In this document: positions 41,661 through 51,878 of the stretch, piece after piece | How positions within the stretch are numbered: the stretch's first letter is position 1 | Layout of the letters: every line of letters starts with the position of its first letter | From: an uncultured virus (IMG/VR IMGVR_UViG_3300024262_004725) | Taxonomy: Duplodnaviria; Heunggongvirae; Uroviricota; Caudoviricetes | Virus record (IMG/VR): IMGVR_UViG_3300024262_004725 | Length of the DNA: 64,000 nucleotides | Strand: one strand, 5' to 3' | The notes under the pieces: model-generated | Told to the model about the DNA's origin: nothing | The model's input: only the letters and a program-made list of their open reading frames with translations | Database searches by the model: none | Translations under genes and position numbers: made by a program

Positions 41661-44612
41661 GTGACTACTTTTCAAAAAACATTAGTACCTATTTTTGTAG
41701 TAATAGGTATTGTACTTAGTATACTTGCAGTTAAAGCCAATGAATTTGGAGTAGTAGACCCAGATATTACACCGGACTATTTTTGGTCTTTTAACTATGA
41801 ATATTTTAATCCTACAGGAGATGGTATCCCTGAATTAATAGCAGGGGATAATAATCTTACAGCATTAGGTCCAAATATTCAAGTAATTCCAGAAACAGAG
41901 TCACAAACTTATGGGACCATATTAACTCATGATGGAGGTTCATTTATAAATGAATTTCAAACTGAAGGGTCTTTTAGTACAGAATACTCACCTGGGTTTT
42001 CATTTATAATACCTTTATACTTTAATACATTACCTACTAGTGATTATACTATTATAGGTCATGGAGAAACAGTAGCACCTAAATTAGGATGGAGATTAAG
42101 ATATTCTGCAGCATCTTCTACAGTATATTTTGAAAGTTCACCAAATGGCTCAATAGCAGTAGCCACTGATGTAGTTAGTTCTGCAACCTTTACTACAGGT
42201 ACATGGTATTCTATTGGATTTGCTTCAGATGGATCAACAGGAGTAACTTTAACTGTAAATAATTTAATAGACACAGGTACAACTCAAGCAGGAGGTCCTT
42301 ATACAAATCCAACTTCACCAGTACCTTTATTTGTATTTGGAGATATCCCATCAACTTTTGTAGATGTTTTAATTTCTTATATTGCATTTTATAATTCAAC
42401 ATTAACATCTGGACAGTTAACTGCAGCAGTAAATGATATTGCTCCTGATAATACTTTAGATTACTCTTTTGAAATCGATGTAGAAGTTGTAAATTCAAGT
42501 ACTACTGCTAAAACTAATTTCCAATTACCTATTGAAATTAGTACTCAAAATTTAATTAATTATAGTTATATGGAAGCGGATTTAAATGATGTAGTTATTA
42601 TTGATCTTTCTGGAGAAGACTATGATAACTTAATTACATTAGAAGGAGTTTCAACAACATCCCCTGTAAATACTTCAGAATATGCATTTGCATTAATTCC
42701 TAATTTGCAGGGTAGTTCAACATTATCTTTAGATATTAGATCAGGATTATCATCTAGTACACTACCTTACTCTAATGCTCGAGGATTTAGTGTAACCAAT
42801 GGTAATGATTGGATTGCAGGAGAAGATAATACAACTATCCAATTTGAACAAACTAATTTAGGTTTAAGTGTAAATGCAGAAGTAATAGAATTCCCTGATC
42901 AAATATTCCCCACAAATAAATCAGGATTAATAGCTGCATATACTTTTGAAGGGTCAACTTCAACAGAAGCATTAGAAGATAAAGCTATAAATGGTTTAGA
43001 TATTACTACTTGTAATGCTACAGTGGGTACTATTGATAATGCAGCACCTCCAACAGGTTACTCACAACAAAATCTAAAAGCTTTTATAGGCACTAATACT
43101 TGTCATACTTCAGATATAACTTATGGAATTTGGCCAGATATTTCTACTAGTCCATTGGCTACAGCAGGTACTGAAGTTTCAATAGTTATGGAATTAGGCG
43201 ACAATATAATTTCCAATTTACCTACAGGAGATTATACTGTTCTTTACTTAGCTTTAGATAATGCTTTTTCAGGATATAGTCGCTGGGCAGTTGGTTTTAC
43301 AGGCACGTCAGGAACTTCAAGACCTTGGTTTGAATATACTGATAATTCATATGTAATAAATAGATATGAAGCATCTAATTGTTTTATGAGTGGTGTAAAT
43401 ACTGAATCTTTTTATTTTTATAGAAATCAAGCTACAAATGAAACAGAAATATGGTGGGGATCAACTCTTTGTACAGCTAGTTGGGTAAGTGGTAATGGAA
43501 CTGGGCCTGCTGTAGAAGATACATTTTCAGATCATGCTTTATGGTTTTTTGGAGATGATCTAGGTGGGCAAATTGCAACATCGTCATTAACTGTAGATGA
43601 AATTTCAATATGGAATAGAGAACTAACTACAGATGAACATGCTCAGGTTATGCATAATCCAGTACCAGGAGATACATATTCTTGGTTTCTAAGAAAAAGT
43701 ACAAAAAGTTTAGAAAGAAATAATTTTCTTTTTGGAGTTAATAGTGCAGAAGAATTAGTAATTGGGATTAATGATAGCCCTTACATAACAGCTGCAATTG
43801 AACAACCTAATCAAAAAAATACATATAGTGCAATATTATTAGGGAATAATATACAATTATGGGAAGGTAGTGGGCAATTAATTAGCACAACTACTTCTCC
43901 TTCTTGGTTTCTTACATCTGATGATTTAATTTATTTAGGTGGGGGAGATACTTTAACATTTTCAGATAGTACAATAGGTAATATTTATGGAGGGGATTCC
44001 GCAGTTAATATTTTCCACTCTGCTGAAATAAGAGATGATCAAGGATTATCTACAGAAGCAACTGCTTTTGAATTAGATTTAGCACCTGGAAATTGGACTC
44101 AAACACAAGAAGGGTCTGCAGCTAATAATTGGACATGGACAGGTACTTCATCTGAATTATCTATTGAAAATCAAGCATTAACTTACCAAATTCAAACAGA
44201 TCAAACAGATATAACAGTAATTACATCTGGAATTATTCCATTAGATGCATTTGAAATTATACCTACACCAGATACTTCAGTAAGTATTATTGGAGATATT
44301 GCTGCAATACCAGTAACAGTAACTCCAAATCCAAATGTACCATTATCATTATTTATTACAGATGCTGCAACAAGTATAGGAGTTGAACCTGCTGCAATAT
44401 GGTTTATTGTAGTATATGCAATTGCTATTGTATTTGCAACAGCATTTATGAAAACGATTCAAGGAGCTTTATTCGCAATCCTCTTAATGGACTTAATAGT
44501 TCTTGCAGGTAGTATGTCAGGATTATATGCATACTGGATGACAGGATTAACGATTGTAATGACAATGGGCATCTATGCAACAGGTGTACTTAGAAAAGGC
44601 GGATTAATATGA
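41661..44612 (+). CDS. Large adhesin-like protein with LamG/ConA-like domains and C-terminal TM anchor
   Basis: Signal peptide; TWYSIGF, IAFYNSTLT and VDEISIWNRELT (LamG-type motifs); about 3 C-terminal TM helices. Confidence 0.75.
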   Translation: MTTFQKTLVPIFVVIGIVLSILAVKANEFGVVDPDITPDYFWSFNYEYFNPTGDGIPELIAGDNNLTALGPNIQVIPETESQTYGTILTHDGGSFINEFQTEGSFSTEYSPGFSFIIPLYFNTLPTSDYTIIGHGETVAPKLGWRLRYSAASSTVYFESSPNGSIAVATDVVSSATFTTGTWYSIGFASDGSTGVTLTVNNLIDTGTTQAGGPYTNPTSPVPLFVFGDIPSTFVDVLISYIAFYNSTLTSGQLTAAVNDIAPDNTLDYSFEIDVEVVNSSTTAKTNFQLPIEISTQNLINYSYMEADLNDVVIIDLSGEDYDNLITLEGVSTTSPVNTSEYAFALIPNLQGSSTLSLDIRSGLSSSTLPYSNARGFSVTNGNDWIAGEDNTTIQFEQTNLGLSVNAEVIEFPDQIFPTNKSGLIAAYTFEGSTSTEALEDKAINGLDITTCNATVGTIDNAAPPTGYSQQNLKAFIGTNTCHTSDITYGIWPDISTSPLATAGTEVSIVMELGDNIISNLPTGDYTVLYLALDNAFSGYSRWAVGFTGTSGTSRPWFEYTDNSYVINRYEASNCFMSGVNTESFYFYRNQATNETEIWWGSTLCTASWVSGNGTGPAVEDTFSDHALWFFGDDLGGQIATSSLTVDEISIWNRELTTDEHAQVMHNPVPGDTYSWFLRKSTKSLERNNFLFGVNSAEELVIGINDSPYITAAIEQPNQKNTYSAILLGNNIQLWEGSGQLISTTTSPSWFLTSDDLIYLGGGDTLTFSDSTIGNIYGGDSAVNIFHSAEIRDDQGLSTEATAFELDLAPGNWTQTQEGSAANNWTWTGTSSELSIENQALTYQIQTDQTDITVITSGIIPLDAFEIIPTPDTSVSIIGDIAAIPVTVTPNPNVPLSLFITDAATSIGVEPAAIWFIVVYAIAIVFATAFMKTIQGALFAILLMDLIVLAGSMSGLYAYWMTGLTIVMTMGIYATGVLRKGGLI

Positions 44613-44674
44613 TCAGAATAATTAATGAAGGAGAATCAAGAGGTCAGTTATTATTTACTATAGAAGAATTTTAA

Positions 44675-45076
44675 ATGCCAATTAGATTTTATCTTTGGTT
44701 ATCTTTTCTTTGGTTAGGAATGATAATTCTTTTCAATCTTGTGAATTTCAACTTTGCAACTAGCGGTACAATTACAGCTACTGCAAATGCTGATATTGAT
44801 ACATTATTTTTAATGAATCAATTCAGTACATTTACAATTCCTATTATTGATATTGGATTACCAATACCTCACCCTAGTTTATTTTCTACATTAGCTAAAA
44901 TGTTAATTTGGGAATACCCTTTCTTTGCTGGCCATTGGAATTTAGTTAGAATTTTCTTCTTACTTCCAATTACTTTCGCAGCTACTTTCGTATTCATTCA
45001 AGCTTTAGCACCAGTTATTACTTCAATTGTTTCCGCAGTTGGAGACTTTATAGGAAGGTTAATAAACATTTTCTAA
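44675..45076 (+). CDS. Membrane protein
   Basis: Hydrophobic N- and C-terminal segments. Confidence 0.65.
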   Translation: MPIRFYLWLSFLWLGMIILFNLVNFNFATSGTITATANADIDTLFLMNQFSTFTIPIIDIGLPIPHPSLFSTLAKMLIWEYPFFAGHWNLVRIFFLLPITFAATFVFIQALAPVITSIVSAVGDFIGRLINIF

Positions 45077-45359
45077 TGCCATCACTTGCAGGTAAAATAT
45101 TAAGTAATGATGTAAATGGATTAACTACAGTAGTAGCACAAGTAGATAGAGAAGTTGGGAGAGTTCGTCACGGAGAAAATACAGGATTAAAAATTGGACG
45201 CCCACGTTCAGATGAATTATTATTCGTAATTCAAGATTTAGATTCCATAACTCTTTATAAAAAACTAGAAGCTTTAGAAGATTATTATGGACAAGATAAT
45301 GTAATAGTACTTGAATCTACTTAATTTTATTATATTATAAATAGCAAAAGAGGTATAAA

Positions 45360-45866
45360 TTGGACCCAGTCGCACTTGTTTATGTAATGTTTTCTATGCT
45401 ACTTCTCGGAGGTGGTGTAGTAGTTACTGCTCTATATTATAAAAGAAATTTCTTTAAAAAGAAAATTAAATGTTATTTTTATACAAGAGAAAATGCTGTA
45501 GAAGAACAATTACTTAAACCAAATTCAGATAACCAATTTGAATGGAATGGTGGTAACTACATGTTTGTTCGAGATGCTGTTAAATTAGGTAAAACAGTAA
45601 TTGGAGAAGGTGTACCAACTCTAACTTTCATTGAAGATAATCCGTATCCTATTCTTTTTGTACAAAATTTTGCTGCTGATATTGGAGAAATTACAGCTAG
45701 ACAAATTGCAGCTGATTTTGATGACAAAATGGCAAGAGAATTAGGTGCAGTAACTACAATTGAAGAAGATTCTGAAGATTTAAAACAATTAAAGACTTAT
45801 ATTGTTACAATTGGATTACTTCTTGCTATGATTATGTTAATTGGCTTCTGGGTTATTGGTTCCTAA
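45360..45866 (+). CDS. Membrane protein with TM helices at both ends
   Basis: GAGG RBS, TTG start, two TM segments; close upstream of the ATPase. Confidence 0.65.
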   Translation: MDPVALVYVMFSMLLLGGGVVVTALYYKRNFFKKKIKCYFYTRENAVEEQLLKPNSDNQFEWNGGNYMFVRDAVKLGKTVIGEGVPTLTFIEDNPYPILFVQNFAADIGEITARQIAADFDDKMARELGAVTTIEEDSEDLKQLKTYIVTIGLLLAMIMLIGFWVIGS

Positions 45867-46360
45867 TGGCTAAAAAAGAATTATCATTTGGAAAAGTTAC
45901 TCCACTAAGTTCAAACGAACAAATTAGTCAAAGAGAATCTCCTACTGAATTTGCATCTGATGAAGATAATATTTTTGGAGGTACTGGATCAATACCAGAA
46001 GATAATCGAGATGATGAACAAGGAGATAGCTTTGGTACTTTTCAAGATGGTTCATTAAATTCAGATCAAGGAATCTTATCTACTTTATTAGATTCTGGAA
46101 GTGGTAATGATGGCCAAAGTGAATGGATAAAACAACTTTTAACTGATGAAAATTTACTGTTAAAAACAGATGTTCCAGAAAGAGCAATTCCAGCAATTGC
46201 AAAAGCAATTGTACTAGCTAATAAATATAGATCAAAAAGATTATGGGATTATATTATTTATTATTTAAAGTTAAGAATTTCACGTGAACGTGAAGGTAGA
46301 AAAGAATTAGTTGCAATGGCTTTAAGAACGAAAGGCCATGACGAATTAGACGACTTTTAA
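45866..46360 (+). CDS. Hypothetical protein adjacent to the ATPase
   Basis: Acidic N-terminus, then LKLRISREREGRKELV; abuts the ATPase start. Confidence 0.6.
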   Translation: MAKKELSFGKVTPLSSNEQISQRESPTEFASDEDNIFGGTGSIPEDNRDDEQGDSFGTFQDGSLNSDQGILSTLLDSGSGNDGQSEWIKQLLTDENLLLKTDVPERAIPAIAKAIVLANKYRSKRLWDYIIYYLKLRISREREGRKELVAMALRTKGHDELDDF

Positions 46361-47044
46361 ATGATAATATCAATTGAAGGTAAAATGGGTTCAGGAAAAA
46401 CCCTTACCACTACAATGCTAGGTTTTGATGCATTTAAGCAAAATCGAAAAGTACTTGCAAATTATAAATTAAATTTTCCTTATGAAGTATTTGGACCTGA
46501 AGATTTTTATAGAATTAATGACCAAGATTTAGAACTTAATAATTGTATGGTACTTGCTGATGAAGGTTATTTAATGATGGACTCTAGAAATAGTATGTCT
46601 ATTATGAATAGATTAGTAAACTACTGGTCAGTACAAACAAGAAAAAGAAATGTAGATTTAGTAATTGCTACACATGAATTTACTAGATTAGATAAAAGGA
46701 TTAGATCTGCAGTTGATTTAAGAATTGGTTGTAGATATGAATTAAGAGGTTCAGAAATTGCATATAAGCAAAATAAAGCTGGACATCTTATTATGGATCC
46801 AGAAACAGGGAACCCTAAAAAAGCTAGAGATAAATATGGAAATCCAATATTTATTAAAAAGGCTTTAGATGAAATGGGTAAAGTAGTTACGTTAAGAGGA
46901 GAACCAAAATTAAGATTAATGTTTAGAAATATGATGAAAGGTACTGTTAATCTTCAATATATTAACCCAATTCCTTTCATGAAATATTATGATACAGAAG
47001 AAATTATTTCAATTCCTGAAGGAGTAATGAACAGAGGTTTATAA
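46361..47044 (+). CDS. Zot-like P-loop ATPase (virion assembly/extrusion)
   Basis: Walker A GKMGSGKT, VLANY, Walker B VLADEG, DSR, QTRK and LDKRIR. Confidence 0.82.
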   Translation: MIISIEGKMGSGKTLTTTMLGFDAFKQNRKVLANYKLNFPYEVFGPEDFYRINDQDLELNNCMVLADEGYLMMDSRNSMSIMNRLVNYWSVQTRKRNVDLVIATHEFTRLDKRIRSAVDLRIGCRYELRGSEIAYKQNKAGHLIMDPETGNPKKARDKYGNPIFIKKALDEMGKVVTLRGEPKLRLMFRNMMKGTVNLQYINPIPFMKYYDTEEIISIPEGVMNRGL

Positions 47045-47090
47045 TGACAATTTTTACAATGATTTACATAAAATTTAAGGGGTATTAATT

Positions 47091-47267
47091 TTGGCACGAA
47101 AAAATAAGCAATCACAATTTATTATAAAGATTAAACAAAATGGTAAAACTCGATTAATGCATATTCATGCAAGATCTCCAGAGCAAGCAACTAAGAAAGT
47201 GAAAGAACGTCAGCCAAGCGCAGATATATTATTCGTAAGAAAAAATAAAATTAATTACTCTATGTAA
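47091..47267 (+). CDS. Small basic protein (58 aa)
   Basis: AAGGGG RBS, TTG start; ARKNKQSQFIIKIKQNGKTRLMHIHARSPEQATKKV... Confidence 0.5.
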   Translation: MARKNKQSQFIIKIKQNGKTRLMHIHARSPEQATKKVKERQPSADILFVRKNKINYSM

Positions 47268-47271
47268 AATA

Positions 47272-47315
47272 GGGGTCATAAAACACTTGAAGTGTTGAGA
47301 GTTTTCTGCTATAAT
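47272..47315 (+). promoter_or_regulatory. Sigma70-type promoter with GGGGTCA element
   Basis: GGGGTCA, TTGAAG (47287-47292), 17-nt spacer, extended -10 TG-C-TATAAT (TATAAT at 47310-47315). Confidence 0.8.
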
Positions 47316-47356
47316 TAGTAAGAACACTTATATATACTTCTAAAATAATTAAAAAT

Positions 47357-48286
47357 ATGAAATACTTTGAAAAGATCATAAAGCATAGACTTGAAAAAGA
47401 ATCAGGTAAGTTTTTAGTAGCTCAAAGAAATAAAAGAGAGCATTACTTTTTACTTACACGTAATCTTTTAAAATCAGATGATACAAGATTTAAAGATGTA
47501 TGGGAAGATTCAGAAGAAGAAATTAACAAATTAATATTTGTTAAAGCTAGATTAAAATTATTTGATGAATTAAATCCACATAAAGCAGCTCAAGGTATTC
47601 CTAATAATGAAACTCTTAAATTAATAGAATTACTAGAAGAAATACCTAAAGACGTTATAAAAAGTGAGCCAATTCTTTTTAATAGTTTATATTCTTTATA
47701 TTGTGCAATATATGAGAAAGCAAATTTAGCTAGAAAAAGATTAGGATCTACTAGAGGTACAACTTTTATTAATCAAAATCCTAATTTAATTGATTTTGCA
47801 ATTAAAAATGGAGATAGATCAATACAATATACAGGTTGTGTTCCTGATGAGCCAAAAAATGAAGAACAACCTAATGTAAAAAAACATAAAGAAGAAAACT
47901 ATTTATTAGTTTATGCTCCTCAATTTGTAATTGAATCTCTTTTTTATAGAGCATTAGCTGCAGGAAAACAAAGAGCCTCTAAACAAAAAGTTCATGATCA
48001 AAGATTATTAAGAGCATCTCAACAAAGAGCAATAAATTGGAAAATAGCAACTGACTTTTTAGATAAGCACTCAGAAATAGAACAAGAATTTACTAAATTT
48101 GCATTAGGATTAAGAGGGCCTTTTACTTTCAAACCGCCTAAAGAAATTACACACAAGCAATTACTTAATGTTTTATATACAAGAGTTAACACAAATATAA
48201 AGAAAGTTAAAAATGGCAAGTCGATCAACCTCAGTAAGGTACCCACAACGTCTTCAGAGGTTACCGAGAGGGCAAACGCAAGCTGA
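47357..48286 (+). CDS. Hypothetical basic protein
   Basis: 309-aa ORF, first gene after the promoter. Confidence 0.6.
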   Translation: MKYFEKIIKHRLEKESGKFLVAQRNKREHYFLLTRNLLKSDDTRFKDVWEDSEEEINKLIFVKARLKLFDELNPHKAAQGIPNNETLKLIELLEEIPKDVIKSEPILFNSLYSLYCAIYEKANLARKRLGSTRGTTFINQNPNLIDFAIKNGDRSIQYTGCVPDEPKNEEQPNVKKHKEENYLLVYAPQFVIESLFYRALAAGKQRASKQKVHDQRLLRASQQRAINWKIATDFLDKHSEIEQEFTKFALGLRGPFTFKPPKEITHKQLLNVLYTRVNTNIKKVKNGKSINLSKVPTTSSEVTERANAS

Positions 48287-48752
48287 ACAAAGAAGAGCAC
48301 AATCATATGAAGCATGGATAAGAAGAGGATTTTTACCACAAGAGGCATGGTATTTAGCTAATCATGGATTTCGTGTAACAAGTAAAAATCTTAGAACTCA
48401 TACTTTTGTTAGAAGACTAACATCAGTAAGAAAAAAGCTAATAACAAAATGGGTAGATTTTGGTTTTTCAAGTAGACAAATATTTAATTTTCTTTATGAC
48501 TTAATTGAAAATCCTTTGGTGGGAGACAATTTAGAAGATCAATTAAGATCTGTAGGTAGTGATCCAGATGAACCTATAAATGAAGCATTAAAACCTTATA
48601 GCGCACTCTTAAGATCTAAAAAAGATGTAGAAGATCATTTTGAATTTTCACTTGGTTTAACAGTTCAAACATTTAGTAAAGATATGTACGATTTATCTAT
48701 TGAGGACGCAAAGTATTGGGAAGAACTAGCAACGAAATTATTAAGGAAATAG
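48213..48752 (+). CDS. Hypothetical protein upstream of PolB (terminal-protein candidate)
   Basis: Arg-rich N-terminus, helical, overlaps the PolB start. Function is inferred from position only. Confidence 0.45.
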   Translation: MASRSTSVRYPQRLQRLPRGQTQAEQRRAQSYEAWIRRGFLPQEAWYLANHGFRVTSKNLRTHTFVRRLTSVRKKLITKWVDFGFSSRQIFNFLYDLIENPLVGDNLEDQLRSVGSDPDEPINEALKPYSALLRSKKDVEDHFEFSLGLTVQTFSKDMYDLSIEDAKYWEELATKLLRK

Positions 48753-50521
48753 TTCCAGATACTGATTTATTTGTAGAAGATTTCTACGAATCCCCACCTT
48801 TTAATAATATTAATTTTGATAGAACAAATAAAAGATATAAGTTTAAGAAAAGAACAGCAGAAAATGTTGAAGGATTAATAGTAAAAACAGATAGAGATGG
48901 AAATTTAATATACATTGAAACTAAAATGGGTAAAATTAGTAATTTAGATATATTCTTAGTATATATTTTAGATAGACCTGATACCCTTTTTGTTACTTTC
49001 TACCCTTATGAACTCGATATTATATTGAAAAAATTTGGAGAACGAGTTTGTTCAAGATTAATTTATAGAGGACAAGCTACAGATTATGATAGAGGTGTTA
49101 CCATGTGGTATGCACCTAATAAAAATATTACTATACAAAGAATGCGAAGAGTTGTAAGAATTCAATCAATAAAAGATTGGTTTAAAAACTTAACTCTTGA
49201 AGATGCTTTAACAGATAACGATATAAAAGATCAAGGGGTTACAGGTTTAACAATATTAGCAAATGATCTTAATAAAGAATGTATGCTAGTATTAGGATCT
49301 AAAAATGGAGATTTATCTGCACCAACTACATTAACAAATTCAATATTGGAAAATGCAAATTACAGACCTGATTTTAATAAAATTCCAATGGAAGCAATTG
49401 AATTAGCATATACAAGTTTTCATGCCCCTTGGATTGAAATGTTTAGAATGGGTCATTTTGAAGAAATTCATGATTATGATTTAAATTCAGCATATCCAAC
49501 AGAAGTTGCAGATTTAATTTCAATAGATACTGGAGAATGGGTTGAATCAGATACCTTTCAAGCAGGTGCTTATTATGGATTTTGCTATGCAGTAATTCAA
49601 ATATATCCTACATATATTTCACCTATTTTAATGAGATCTGAAGGTAAACTATTTTCAACTGAAGGTACTTGGGTAGGAACAATAACAAAAGATGAAATTG
49701 ATTTTATTCAAAGACATGAATTAGGTAATGTTGTTGTATTAAATGGTTGGTGGTATTTTCCATCTGCTTATGATAGACCATTCAAGAAAGAAGTTACTAG
49801 ATTATTAAAGCTTAGAAGTTGGGCAAAACTTAAAGGATATAATCTTTTAGAGTATGCAATTAAAACTTCAACAGCAAGATTAGCAGGTAAATTTTTACAG
49901 AAGTCTATTAATTTAGATGATTTACAAACTTATAATGCAGGAAGACATTTTAATCCAATCTATGCAACTATAGTAATGACTAGAGTTAAATTATCATTAG
50001 CTGAACAACTATTCAGAGATAAAGAAAAAATACTAGCTATTGTTATTGATGGAGCTTTATTAGATGGAAAATCAACAGTATCAACATCTAAAGATCCTGG
50101 AGATTTAAAATTAAGTGAAAAAGGTGATGGAGTAATATTTTCGCCTTTTACAACTTTCTTAACAGAAAATAGAAATCCATTTTTAGTGAAAGATATTATA
50201 CAAAAAGATCCCATGAAAACTTGGTATCCATTACCTTCATTTGGGCCAGACAGATTAAGGTTATGTCAAGCTATATTAGATAATAAATTTGAATGGACAG
50301 GTCGAATAGTTGAATCAGAAGCTATAGTGGAGGTAGGAAATACAAACGATAGATTCTGGGAAGATAAACCTCAATACGGTTTGGACTTATTATTAAAAAA
50401 ATATTCTAGTTTTCCACATATGATTGAACATTTTAGTTATACATATGGTGTAGCAGATCTTACAAAACAAATCAGAGAAGATATGTTAAAAGAAATTAAT
50501 CCACAGGAAGTAACAATATGA
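48716..50521 (+). CDS. polB: Divergent family B DNA polymerase, protein-primed type
   Basis: Motif A YDLNSAYP; motif B-like IKTSTARLAGKF; FNPIYATIVMTRVK; motif C-like IVIDG; insert containing GTWVG after motif A. Confidence 0.72.
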   Translation: MGRTSNEIIKEIVPDTDLFVEDFYESPPFNNINFDRTNKRYKFKKRTAENVEGLIVKTDRDGNLIYIETKMGKISNLDIFLVYILDRPDTLFVTFYPYELDIILKKFGERVCSRLIYRGQATDYDRGVTMWYAPNKNITIQRMRRVVRIQSIKDWFKNLTLEDALTDNDIKDQGVTGLTILANDLNKECMLVLGSKNGDLSAPTTLTNSILENANYRPDFNKIPMEAIELAYTSFHAPWIEMFRMGHFEEIHDYDLNSAYPTEVADLISIDTGEWVESDTFQAGAYYGFCYAVIQIYPTYISPILMRSEGKLFSTEGTWVGTITKDEIDFIQRHELGNVVVLNGWWYFPSAYDRPFKKEVTRLLKLRSWAKLKGYNLLEYAIKTSTARLAGKFLQKSINLDDLQTYNAGRHFNPIYATIVMTRVKLSLAEQLFRDKEKILAIVIDGALLDGKSTVSTSKDPGDLKLSEKGDGVIFSPFTTFLTENRNPFLVKDIIQKDPMKTWYPLPSFGPDRLRLCQAILDNKFEWTGRIVESEAIVEVGNTNDRFWEDKPQYGLDLLLKKYSSFPHMIEHFSYTYGVADLTKQIREDMLKEINPQEVTI

Positions 50522-51546
50522 TGCAAGAAGCATTAAAGTTTTATTGGATTGGCTTAAAAGTAGTTAGGGCGGAAGGAGATGCTATCTTCTTAAAAGGCCC
50601 TTACAATACTGAAAGAGGCCGCAATAAAGAATTACTAAATAATCAGGATCAATGGGTTGCTTCTAAAGTAGAATTTAGACCTTTTGAAACAATGGGAAAG
50701 CACCGTGCTGATGCTAATGAAACTGCGCGTCAAGTTCTTAATCAAGCAGATACTCCACAAGAAAGAAATGGTGGACATGCTACACCTCAAGTATTAGCAC
50801 AAAGATTTGAAGGTGGAGCAACAGTGCCTTCATATATTCCTAATTCAGGAACACCAAATGCGTCTAATCAAGTTTCAAATGAAATAATTGCACAAAATCC
50901 TAGTATTGATGATGCAGAAAATGTATTAGGTAATACAGCTGGGCTAGTAGAAATTGCTAATCTTGAAAGACAAAAAGCAATTGGAGATACAATTGGACCT
51001 GAAGATGCAAATGCTGCACCCAATACAAATCCTGAAGCAATTATTGGAGAAATAAGTTTACAAGACGTCTCTAGAAATGCACATGATGAAGCTTTTAATG
51101 ATTTAGAATCTGAATATCATGATGCTTTTGCAGAAGAAACAAATGATAGAGAAGAAGCTACTCAAGAAGGAATATAATAATGACGCATACTTATGATGAC
51201 GAAATATCAGATGAAATGTTAGCAAGTTATAAAGAACAATTAATTGGTAGAGCAGGAATGCAAGAAGCAAGTCGGGGATACCATGATAATCAAACAATTC
51301 AAAAGATAATGGCACAAGGAACAGCTTCAGTTTCTATTTTTGGAGAATCTAATAAAGATACTGCATTAATTCTTATTGATAAATCACCAGATCTAGACAT
51401 TGTAGGATTAAATGAGTTAACTCATGGGGATGAAGAATATATTATTTCCGTTAAAAATAACCCACGATCTGAAACAACGCTTAGACAATTAGTTGCATTA
51501 AATGCAGTTAGTGTATTAGTATCTAGAGGAAACAGGAGAAGTTAAA

Positions 51547-51714
51547 ATGGTAGCAAAAGCAAAGAAAAGCAAAAAGAAGATTAAGAAAAAGAGCAAGAAG
51601 AAGTCGTCATCTGAAAGTGGATTAGCAGGCGCAATTCAAAGTGATGCAGCAGCATTAAATAAATCATACGGAGACGCCCACCGTAGTGCTAAGAGTAAGT
51701 CATTTAAATTCTAA
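51547..51714 (+). CDS. Lys-rich microprotein (55 aa)
   Basis: AGGAG RBS; MVAKAKKSKKKIKKKSKKKSSS... Confidence 0.6.
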   Translation: MVAKAKKSKKKIKKKSKKKSSSESGLAGAIQSDAAALNKSYGDAHRSAKSKSFKF

Positions 51715-51875
51715 TGCCAAGAAGAAGAAAAAAGAAAACATACAAACCTCGTAAGCATCCTTTAGAGAGTTTAATAGAAAAAGAAGCTAAAAAATTAGGT
51801 AAATCTATATTAAACCCTAAGAAAAAGATTGCTGCTCCTAAAAAGAGTAAAATCTATAGAAGAGGAATTCTCTAG
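51714..51875 (+). CDS. Arg/Lys-rich microprotein (53 aa)
   Basis: TAATG coupling to the previous gene; MPRRRKKKTYKPRKHP... Confidence 0.55.
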   Translation: MPRRRKKKTYKPRKHPLESLIEKEAKKLGKSILNPKKKIAAPKKSKIYRRGIL

Positions 51876-51878
51876 TAA

